Below the pieces are notes generated by a model. It did no database searches, was not told the DNA's origin, and was given only the letters and a program-made list of their open reading frames with translations. From NCBI GenBank assembly GCA_051294905.1, contig CM119372.1, positions 18,602,001-18,666,000 of the forward strand: a stretch of DNA of 64,000 nt, in the 5' to 3' direction. The DNA is from Botryllus schlosseri. Its lineage: Eukaryota. Shown one piece after another: positions 53,933-64,000 of the stretch (the first letter of the stretch is position 1; each line of letters begins with the position of its first letter). The translations under genes were made by a program, and so were the position numbers.

Positions 53933-55296
53933 GGTTGCCAGTGAACTCGGCACCTTGAATTCGGCACTTGGTGAACTCGGCACTTGATGAACTCGGCACT
54001 TCGTTTGACCGTAGATGCTGTGCGATCTCTATTGTTTCAAGTTTATGACAATACAATGTTCCCCATGACACCAATAAATGTTTCCCATGGACACATCGAA
54101 ACTTATGAAGGCCAAAATAATCAGTTTTTGCCTTCAAAGAAACGGATATTATAAAATAAATATCGCCCTTTAACTATATTTTGTTAGCAAGATGTTTCCC
54201 CAATGTCACCCTTCCCCTTGCTCCTTATAAATTAAATATCGCCCTTTAACTATATTTTTTTAGCAGGATGTTGCCCTAATGTCACCCTTCAACCTGCTCC
54301 TGACCAGCTACCTGTGACAAAATCACACCTTCCGCGCGAGATAGTGTAATGGTTATGCGTCCGGCTTCTCGAGCGGTAGGTCGTGGGTTCGATCCCCGGC
54401 CGGGTCATACCAAAGACTCGAAAAATGGTATCCGCAGCTATCCTGCTAGGCGCTCAGCAATCACGGATAGCATGGAGGAGAAAAAAAACGGGGGCGCAGA
54501 CTAGATGACCTCATGGGGCCGTATCGCAACTCCGTCGCCAAAGCATCTCGATGGTGCAGGCGAGAAAGAATATCATATCTCTCTCTCTATAAGTAATCAG
54601 CTAATACAAAATCAGTATTGTTGTGTTGTATTGAACTTATAAAATCTCTAATAAACCTAACAGTTGAACTTATCAATAACTATAAACTAATCAACTAATA
54701 AATAAAATATATTTTGCACGATTCTTGCATCTCCAAAGAATTGAGGCATGTTTTTTTTCATCTTCCTGGTGTAAGAACGATCGACTTTAGTCGTCAAACA
54801 GCATATCTCATCCTCTTTGCGATACACCCTCCAATATTTTATTAGTTGACTCGTCCGAGCATGACATTTCAGAGTTGACCTGAGCAGCGGACACATCGGA
54901 TAACGACGACTCAATGAGATCATCTTCCTGCAAACAAAATTATAAGTTAAAATCTGATCACTCAAATCGAATTAATTAGCACTACGGTATTCGACTTACC
55001 GGTAGCGGCCCCACTTCAATCTCAACGGCATCTTCCTGCAAACAAAATTTACTTAAAATCTGATAGCTCACATCGAATTAATTAGTACTATTCGACTTAC
55101 CTGGTTGTAAAGATCGACTTCAATCTCAACGCATATGTCCATGTCCATCGCATATATCAATCATTCCCTCTATCCGTCAAATTAGCGATACATGTACCGA
55201 GTAGACCAACACCGACATACGGCATTGTTGCGTCACAATACAAGCGCCGATTTCACCAGGTGCCAAGTTCACCAAGTGCCGAGTTCACTGGCAACC
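53933..55296 (-). mobile_element. Mutator-like element with intron-containing transposase 5' remnant
   Basis: TIR GGTTGCCAGTGAACTCGGCAC with internal repeats; TSD ATCTACAT. Exons 55101-55148, 55000-55035, <=54927 encode ILEGVSQRG*DMLFDD...SYTRK...ILWRCKNR (FLYWCH-like). Confidence 0.75.
54332..54588 (+). mobile_element. tRNA-derived SINE (full-length copy)
   Basis: A-box TAGTGTAATGG, B-box GGTTCGATCCC, conserved core, (CT)n tail. Confidence 0.88.
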
Positions 55297-56664
55297 ATCT
55301 ACATATAGACCAGGGGTGGCCAACGTTTTCGGCTAAAGGGCCACATGAAATTGACGAACGAGTGCGCTGCCCACTATAATAGCCGCGTAAAATTTTCAAA
55401 GTTAATATTATTATTACTTGGGTATATTGCGGGTCGACTGTATACCGCCGCCGGGCTCAGTTTGCAAGGACAGGACTATCCGGCATCTGGACATATCGAT
55501 ATCGAAGTTTCCGCTGATATACGACAATCATTTTGTGCCTACATTTCATCGTCGACGATCTTTCTGCGAGCGCAAACACGAAAATACTTTCTCTCGTAAT
55601 AGCGATATAATCGGAAAATGACTTGCTTCTCTTCCGTTTTATAGGCGAGCCAGGTGTGACCGACCATTGTTGTCCATAACTAGAAAATGAGCCGCTCGAG
55701 TAACCATAAGTTAGGGTGCCGAACCGGTATCGCAGGTATTACTCACCTTTCTGGTGCGATTCCCCGGTTCTAACGCTAAAACGAGTATTTGACAGGCGCT
55801 GGCTAAGATTATTTTTGTAATGCCAAACTCGGTAAGTCCTAAATCGCGTTTTAATACGAGTGCTACGTAATTCTCGTATTATCAAATTTTTCATAATACG
55901 GGCATAGTTAGACTCAATCGGCTAAATCAAGCGTTTTCTCGTTTTCAGGATGGGGGTAGGCTGCAAAGCAAAAAATCGTGTGACCATTAAACACGCAAAG
56001 CATGAAGAAAATTTTACTAGTCTTTTAGTTTATTGTAATGTACGACGATTTACTAAAAATGTGACTGGACCCTGGATCTGCCAATGCGTCGGAACTGATT
56101 TATACTAAATCCAAAGTCATCAACATCCCAAGTGTCGCGGCCAGACTAATCATATTCTGAGGAGGGTTGGTGCGATGACATGCAAAATAAGGTCAGTCGC
56201 GACATGCAAAATAAGGTCAGTCCGCACATAAATCCAAATCTATACTCCAATTACAAATCCAACTTTTTTCTTATGAAAAATAAATTCAAATTATCTTTCC
56301 TGTATAGTAGCCTAGTTTCAACATTGAAATTCCTTATCTATATTCCAAATCTTAAGATTTTTCAATCAAAAGATAATCATGTAGTCAGTCGCATGTAGAA
56401 TATTATTATCGGTCCGCGCATAAATCCAAATCCATACTTCAATTACAAATCCAACTCTCTTTCTTATGAAAAATAAATTCAAAATATCTTTCCTATATAG
56501 TAACTTCACCATTGACATTCCCCATATATATCCTAAATCTGAAGATGTTTCAACAAAATGTAATCAGACGATTATTACAATTACGAGAGGTGAGTCGCAT
56601 GTAGAATATAAAGAGTCCGCGTATAAATCCAAATGTTTACTTCAAATCCTACTGTTTTCTTAGG

Positions 56665-57230
56665 CCACTGACCTTATTCTGCAATCTGCATGTGGCGACT
56701 GACCGTATTTCGCATGCGACTGACCTTATTTTGCATGTGACTGATCTTATTCTGCATGTCGCGACTGACCTTATTTTGCATGCGACTGACCTTATTTTGC
56801 ATGTGACTGACCTTATTTTGCATGTCGCGACTGACCTTATTTTGCATGCGACTGACCTTATTTTGCATGTGACTGATCTTATTCTGCATGTCGCGACTGA
56901 CCTTATTTTGCATGCGACTGACCTTATTTTGCATGTGACTGACCTTATTTTACATGTCGCGACTGACCTTATTTTGCATGCGACTGACCTTATTTTGCAT
57001 GTGACTGACCTTATTTTGCATGTGACTGACCTTATTCTGCATGTCGCGACTAACCTTATTTTGCATGCGACTGACCTTATTTTGCATGTGACTGACCTTA
57101 TTTTGCATGTGACTGACCTTATTCTGCATGTCGCGACCGACCTTATTTTTGCATGCGACTGACCTTATTTTGCATGTGACTGTCCTTATTCTGCGTGTAG
57201 CGACTTATTGCGACCTTATTTTGCATATCA
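56665..57230 (-). repeat. 21/24-bp minisatellite (ATGCAAAATAAGGTCAGTC[A/G]C), left foldback arm
   Basis: Direct tandem array; gives spurious MQNKVS / ATDLILH ORFs. Confidence 0.95.
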
Positions 57231-57244
57231 TCAAGGGGCCTGGC

Positions 57245-57843
57245 TGGGCCCAGGGGCCTGGCTGCCCATCCAACAAGTCTCTGCTGAAGAGATTCGGTGT
57301 CCTAAACATAGAAGATATTCGGAAACTAGAAATCGCCACGTTTACGTATCAGTTCCACTGCGGTCGTTGCCCCGAATATTTCAATGACTTCTTTACCTCG
57401 GATTCAAAAGCGCACAAGTACAACACACGCGCGTCCAAATATCATATGATCGACCGAAAAGATCATCGCTCTATCAAATATGCCGGACCTGATGTGTGGA
57501 ACAGTATTCCGCCGGCCATTCGACAGTCGACGAGCATGTCCACATTCAAGTCGAAATACAAGCAATTACTAGTAAATAAATACAGACCATCCTCAAGATT
57601 ACCGGACCACGACTGACCTATCGATCTGCCGCCCTGTTTCTTGTCGCTTTCTTTTTCTATACTATCTTTTCTACTTTCATTCAGTGTGCTTGCCTTATTT
57701 TTACATCGCCTAGGCCAAGGTGGGTGTCTGATTCCATAGACTACTCCAAGTCGCTTCGACATCTTCCTGTCTTTTCATAGTATCGCCTTTTTGTAGTGTA
57801 TTGAACTGATAAAATTGCTAATAAACCGATGATGAGGATGACA
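57245..57843 (+). mobile_element. 5'-truncated LINE in the loop of the foldback element
   Basis: LNIEDIRKLE...HKYNTR...SIKYAGPDVWNSIP...FKSKYK; 3' UTR, AATAAA, (GAT)n tail. Confidence 0.88.
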
Positions 57844-58284
57844 TATAAATTCAGGGACTCTATTCGCGGAGAGTAGGCCTATAGAATTTTCATCATATTT
57901 AACGCGGAATGAGTATGGCTGATTATAAAATTCCTAAGATTATGAAACACTCGAAACATTCCAGATAGGCAAATTTTTACAAAAAATTCCAACGAAACAA
58001 AGTCAGAAACAACGGATGAAGATTTTCTGACGCAGGCGGTATAATGACACAATGGTCCGACCATTTATATCCACTTTTTTCGTAACGGCTGGAACAACCC
58101 ACCGCTGTAACATTGCTCCCAGTCTTCCCCTATATTTGGAATTTCAATTTTCACGGGGACATATATCTGAATTTTCATTCGAATTTCGATATTTCAATGT
58201 TAAAAGTAGTGTAGGTAACAAAATTTATACTTTGATTTCCAGTAGAAAAAAGGTGGATTTGGAATTATGATTTTTGCGCGGACT

Positions 58285-58620
58285 GCATGCAAAATAAGGT
58301 CAGTCACATGCAAAATAAGGTCAGTCGCGACATGCTAAATAAGGTCAGTCACATGCAAAATAAGGTCAGTCACATGCAAAATAAGGTCAGTCACATGCAA
58401 AATAAGGTCAGTCACATGCAAAATAAGGTCAGTCGCGACATGCTAAATAAGGTCAGTCACATGCAAAATAAGGTCAGTCACATGCAAAATAAGGTCAGTC
58501 ACATGCAAAATAAGGTCAGTCGCGACATGCAAAATAAGGTCAGGCACATGCAAAATAAGGTCAGTGGCATGCGAAATAGGGTCAGTCGCGACATGCAGAT
58601 TGCAGAATAAGGTCAGTGGC
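58285..58620 (+). repeat. Same minisatellite, right foldback arm (inverted)
   Basis: Tandem ATGCAAAATAAGGTCAGTCAC units. Confidence 0.95.
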
Positions 58621-59716
58621 ATAAGAAAAAAGTAGGATTTGAAGTAAATATTTGGATTTATACGCGGACTGTTAATATTCTACATGCGACTCACCCCGTA
58701 ATCGTAAGAATCGTCTGATTACATTATGTGGAAACATCTTCAGATTTAGGATATAGATGGGGAATGTCAATCATGAAATTACTATATAGGAAAGATATTT
58801 TAAATTTATTTTTCATAAAAAATAAGAATTGGATTTGTAATTGAAGTGTGGATTTGGATTTATGCGCGGACTGATAATAATATTCTACATGCGACTGACT
58901 TCGTATTCAAGATAATCATGATTATCTTTTGATTGAAACATCTCAGGATTTAGGATATAGATAAGGAATTTCAATGTTGAAAGTAGGCTGCTATACAGGA
59001 AAGATATTTTGAATTTATTTTTCATAAGAAAAAAGTTGGATTTGTAATTAAAGTATAGATTTGGATTTATGCGCGGACTGACCTTATTTTGCATGTCGCG
59101 ACTGACCTTATTTTGCATGTGACTGACCTTATTTTACATGTCGCCGCTGACCTTATTTTGCATGTTTTTGACCTTATTTTGCATGTCATCGCACCAACCC
59201 TGTAGCATATTTTTGGTTGGCCTTGCAAGTTCACAATCTGAGCAATTCAATTTCTATAATATAACAGGATTTCGATAATATAATGGGAAATTAGCTCGCG
59301 AGCTACTCAAAACCTTCTCGGGGCCTCATATGGCCCGCAGGCTGCGGGATGCCACCCCTGATATAGACAGACACCTTCGATAGTTTTCAGAGCCGGTACA
59401 GTGGTAATAATGCGGATCCGGAGCTGGAGCCGGAGCTAGTGTATGATAGAAGAAAGCGCCGGAGCTGGAGCAATGCAAATTTACGGCTGCTCCAAAGCCC
59501 TTATTTCAACTGTGGGCCACTTTGGCGCTGTCAGCGTAAAAAAATCAACACTAAACGAGCATGTACCTTGACAATCTCAAAAATTTTACTTGCTTTGTTG
59601 CAAAAGTCTGCTGCTAATATCCAGCATTCCGTATGTGAATATTTAGTGACTTGTTTCTACTGTGAGCTTGACCCGCAATCACACAACATCAAGAGCGAAA
59701 TACAGTACATGTAGGT

Positions 59717-61365
59717 CAGCGGTAGCTCAGTGTCGGGAACCTATGGCTCGCGAGCCATATATGGCTCTTTTCGGTATAAGATATGGCTCTTTGCCGAATT
59801 TTCATTTTTGTACCTAATTTATCAACATTGCAGCAACTCTTGTATGAAGTTTTATCGCGGGCACAATAGTCATTGTCGTGGCAGTATAAACATGTCTTTG
59901 AGAGGTCAATGCAATGGCGCATTCAGTGTTAGAGGCTCGGACATTTTCAACATCCTGAAATTTGAGTTGCTGTCGCGCCTCGAAATCCTGAATTGCACCA
60001 TACGTTGAGTAATCAAAGAGGATAGCAGACAAGGCGACGCCTGTATGACAATGCATTTTTTAAATACACATGTGAACCTATGGCTCGCGAGCCATATATG
60101 GCTCTTTTTGGGTATAAGGCTCTTTGGCAAATATTTATTTTTGTACTGAATTGATCAATATTGCGGCAACTTGCTAGAAAATTTTCATCGCGGCCAGAAT
60201 AATTATTCTCGGGGCAATATACACATGCCTTTGAGAGGTAAAGACAATGCCGTCTTAAGGTTTAGGGGCAGGAACCCCCCAGTATACAAAGCCATCAAAT
60301 TTAAGTTACTGTCGCGCCGTTGGCCAATATCACTCGCGAATTCGATGTAACCGACTCGAAATTTCGGATTGCACAATACGTTGATTGATCAAAGAGAATA
60401 GCAGACATGGCGACGCCCTGGCCTACTAACGACGATAGTGGCGACAGCCATGGCGACGCCCATATGACAACGCAGTTTTCAAATACATATTATGTTCCTG
60501 ATCTACGGCGCGAAATGAACTGCCGTGGATACGTTCACAATTACAAAACTCGATTTACAAACAATGTAATAGCAATCCATGTTTTTTGATTGGTAAGTAG
60601 CTCTGTAGTACCGTCGATAAGATGTAGGAGTGTAGCGCAACGTTATGTGTAACTGCCGTATACTTTGAGAATTCGATCAGTATTTAGATTTTCGGAATCA
60701 CTGCGACAGTTAGATTAGATTACTATCAGTTATCATAAATTCTAAGCTATTTACGATGAATTGCGTTATCAATGGCTTGAGTCTGCGTCTGTGCCTTACC
60801 TATTTTTTCGCGATTTATTTCCGAACAATAAATATGAAATTGAGTGATTTTGGGAGAAAAATGTTCAAAATCGTGTCATTCATGAACATCCATAAGAGAT
60901 ATCAATAGTAATTGAAGGTTTCACAATTTTCGTTCACCCATCCTGACGACAGGTGAGGTACTACTGTCTCACTTGCCTCCCCTGAACCGACGTCACTGAT
61001 GTGTCACAACTTTCAGATGGATATTCATATTAATGCTGTAGTGGCCATGTTTGGCTCCACCTATGCATGTGATCATGGGTTCTCGCATTTAAAAGGACCA
61101 TCAAGACGAACCTATGTTCCAGTAACTCAAGTTTCGCATGCTTTAATAAGACAACCAGCATGATGGGTATGGGTATGGGTATTAACAGAGAAAATGTGGC
61201 GCACACGACGGATCCCATGTAGTCAGTTGGAATTAGTGCTGCTATGACGTCACTAATTTTCAATTGTGACGTAACAGTTGATTGACATGTATGGCTCTTT
61301 GGGAGTTGATATGGAAAAAGTAAGGCCAATATGGCTCTTCGGACAAAAAAGGTTCCCGACCACTG
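59717..61365. mobile_element. Family E element nested in A
   Basis: TSD ATGTAGGT; left TIR carries a small insertion. Confidence 0.85.
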
Positions 61366-61560
61366 ATGTAGGTAGTCAGCGAATGATGCTTATTCAACCA
61401 GCCAATGGAATTGATATTGTTGTCTGATGTAAAATATCTATCAGGCGTACGGGGTCAATCTTGACATCGTATGTTTATTGTACCATAAAAACCAAATCCG
61501 TGCGATTGGATTGTTGACTACCGCTGTATAACTTGTTAATGGGGTAATATGGGTACCAAG

Positions 61561-62514
61561 TAGGGATGGTGTGAACGTGAGGTTCACGTTCGCGTTCTGT
61601 GTGTGAACCTCAGAAATTTAGAGGTGCATGTTCACAAACGAACTTCGGTAGGTTCTGCACTGTGAACCTTTTTCATATATTACAGTTTTCACTTCGTTAT
61701 AACATCTTTGGATGAAATTTATTGCACTTAAACTGCGGGCCACTATATGCATGACGCTGGCGACGTAAAAAATCAACACTAAACGAGCATGCACCTTGAC
61801 AATCTCAAAAGTTTTACTTGCTTTATTACAAAAGTTGAGCTTGATTCGCAATCACACAACATCAAGAGCGAAATACACTACATGAAGGTAGTAAAGAATG
61901 ATGCTTATTCAACCAACAATGAGATTGATAGCGTTGTCTGATGTAAAAAATCTAGCAGGCGAACGGGGTTAATCTTGATTTCATGTGCTTATTGTATCAT
62001 AAAAGCCAAATCCGTGCGATTGGGGTGTTGGCTACTGCTGTATAATTTGTTAACGGAGTAATATCGGTAGCAAGTAGAGAAACCCGTTTTACACTCTGCC
62101 CAATATCAACGTAGCAAATAGCAATACTCAGACGCCGAATACATTGTCCGGTCTGGCCGAGACCGTTACGGCGTAAGCTTGTATTCCCTTGCAAGTCCTC
62201 GTCGAAATTGTTGTCAAAGCGACGGAAGATATTGATTTTATGGGATTAATTATCATTTGTTTGCTCCAGTTGATACATTTGGCGACGTTTAATACGTCAT
62301 TATCCCCTTCAGCATTGTGGCATTATGTGGCCCGAGTCGTCGCTAGGTATCGTGTACATTAATATCGGTTATCACTTCACTGAAATGTAGGGTTGGAATT
62401 AGCAATATGACGTCACGTGACGTCATGAGGTTCACGTTCGTGTTCACACAGAACCTTTCAAAAAGGTTCGCGTTCACACGAACCTGAACCTTTCAGAGGT
62501 TCACACCATCCCTA
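61561..62514. mobile_element. Family A MITE inserted into another family A copy
   Basis: Exact TSD GTACCAAG. Confidence 0.92.
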
Positions 62515-62931
62515 GTACCAAGTATAGAAACCCGTTTTACGCTCTGCTCGATATCAACGTAGCAATACTCAGACGCCGAATACATTGTCGTATGGCTTAT
62601 ATTCCCTTGCAAGTCCTCGTCAAAATTGTTGGCAAAGCGACGGAAGATATAGATTTCATGGGGTTATTATATAATTTGATTGCTCCAGTTGATACATTTA
62701 GCGACGTTTCAAAGGTCAATATGTACTTCAGCATTGTGGCATTATGGGGCCCGAATCGTCGCTAGGCATGGTGTACAACTGCGCGTACATTAATATAGGC
62801 TTTGGAATTAGCAATATGACGTCACGTGACGCCATGAGGTTCACGTTCGCGTTCACACAGAACCTTTCAAAAATGATCGTGTTCACACGAACCTGAGCCA
62901 TTCAGAGGTGCACACCATCCCTAGTAAGCTC

Positions 62932-64000
62932 CAATCTATACTCTGGTACCTTCCCCCATCACCTTCAGATATTGAAAGAAATTTTCTCCTTGCTCATCGC
63001 TGACTATGCCAATGTTTTCCGCCAAATTAGCGAGATGGCTTTGTCGAAATGCTTTGTATTTTGATGCTTGCATATGTTGCAGATGAGTTCGCTGCAGCTT
63101 CTAATATAGCTTATGGGCAATTTCGATACAATTCTATGTCTATGTATTCCCAAGCAATATCATAACAACATTTTCAATTGATAACCAAGCATTTCTTCCA
63201 AATCTGAGATTGACCCACTGGAACGCTAATCTGTGATGAGTTGCAGAATTTATGAACCAATAAATGCACCAGTAATACATTTTGTATAATGACAGGCGAG
63301 TAGCGGTCAAAGTGAGGTTATAGACGGAAAACTGGCTTTCATTTGACAATTCTAAACCGGATATTTTCATAGGGTCAAACTTTATGCATGGGGCTGGATA
63401 ATAATTATTTCTCTCTCAATTAGTGGCTCTTCTAAAATGTTGCGATCAACAGATTCAAGGTCAAATTTCGGAGGCTAGTTCCTCATAACCTAGTGCTTTT
63501 TTAGTTGTCTGCTGTACTGTATACCACATACACATATAACAGTAGTACATGCGTATCATTGGTGTCTGACCGCACAGAAAACATAATATTTCAAATTCGG
63601 CACGTATGATCCAATCGAGCTTGTGATAATGCAACAATTCAATTTTCTGTATTTCTTACGAAGACTAACTGGGTGTGCAATTGTTACTGCACCGTAGGGA
63701 TCCTTTTTGAGCTGTCAATAGAGATTTGCCATTCACTTGAGTTGTAATTCGGAATTTCAAATACCTCCACTAACCCATGGTATCAGTATATCATGTCAAT
63801 GCCGGTATCACGGCAATACAAAAAGCTACCGAAATTAGGCCACGGTGAAAAGTCTGCTTCTCCTGATCGAAAGTGAGATCCTTCTCTACCTTGCCAAGTA
63901 ATCTTTTCTCACTCCGTAAGGATAGTAAAAGTTCTGAAATTTTTTATTTCAAGTCCATTCCAAGCCTATGTCAGATCATTAACTTGCGTTGATGACTACA
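62932..64000 (-). pseudogene. Chapaev3-like transposase pseudogene (stops and frameshifts)
   Basis: Collinear degenerate motifs on the minus strand: LNDL...SELL, EWQISIDSSKR, HYHKLDWII...FLCGQ...CYMCMW, NILEEPLIE, GAFIGS*ILQL, NAWLSIENVVMILLGN, SIKI...SHLANLAENIGIVSDEQGENFFQ. The order matches the recalled Chapaev3 consensus EWRLFIDSSK / GIFVGPQIR / NFLGN / HSHLDFFPENLGAVSDEQGERFHQ. Confidence 0.8.

Larger units (their letters stand above)
56163..59201. mobile_element. Foldback element with ~1-kb modular inverted arms
   Basis: Ends AGGGTTGGTGCGATGACATGC / GCATGTCATCGCACCAACCCT; 56163-57230 is the inverted counterpart of 58280-59201. Confidence 0.85.
55311..59360. mobile_element. hAT (Charlie-like) element, family C (TIR CAGGGGTGGC), nested in B
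   Basis: Exact TSD ATATAGAC. Confidence 0.9.
52734..59502. mobile_element. hAT-type element, family B (GGAGCC repeats), nested in A
   Basis: TIR CAGGGCTTCGGA / TCCAAAGCCCTT; TSD ATTTCAAC. Confidence 0.88.
52559..62923. mobile_element. Family A MITE inflated to 10.4 kb by nested insertions
   Basis: TIRs; exact TSD GTAAGCTC (52551-58 and 62924-31). Confidence 0.92.
52167..64000 (-). mobile_element. Decayed Chapaev3-like (CMC) DNA transposon, interrupted by nested insertions, running off the window end
   Basis: Terminus CACTGGTCAACACAAATTTTG... at 52167. Transposase remnants at ~52490-52558 and 62932-64000 rejoin once the 52559-62923 insertion and one TSD copy are removed. Confidence 0.75.

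Noticed and set aside
54332..54405. tRNA gene
   Set aside because: The tRNA-like head runs into a shared SINE body and tail in multiple copies; treated as a SINE.
55101..55148. Candidate first exon of the lectin gene
   Set aside because: Lies inside a Mutator-like element; the exon at 51308-51334 gives a correct-phase signal peptide instead.
56674..58610. Repetitive ORFs (MQNKVSH..., ATDLILH...)
   Set aside because: Translations of the foldback minisatellite, present in both orientations; no gene context.

Overview
AT-rich animal genomic DNA. Many 59-72 bp GT-AG introns and small exons suggest a compact invertebrate genome, possibly a tunicate; the taxon is inferred. I assembled two protein-coding genes by hand, both on the minus strand, with splice phases consistent throughout. 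(1) A 14-coding-exon WDSUB1 orthologue (WD40 repeats + SAM + U-box, about 562 aa; 20885-29242). (2) A 7-exon secreted C-type-lectin-domain protein (about 268 aa; 46044-51334) with signal peptide, Gln/Pro-rich region, Thr stalk and an acidic, non-canonical CTLD. Most of the rest is transposon-derived: at least ten hAT-type MITE families with readable 8-bp target-site duplications (TSDs), Mutator-like and foldback elements, 5'-truncated LINEs and a tRNA-derived SINE. The last 12 kb is a decayed Chapaev3-like (CMC) transposon. Its transposase frame is split by a 10.4-kb nest of insertions up to six levels deep, and most junctions can be resolved by TSDs. No prokaryotic-type system, CRISPR array, rRNA or bona fide tRNA gene was seen. 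Family assignments come from recalled motifs, not database searches.
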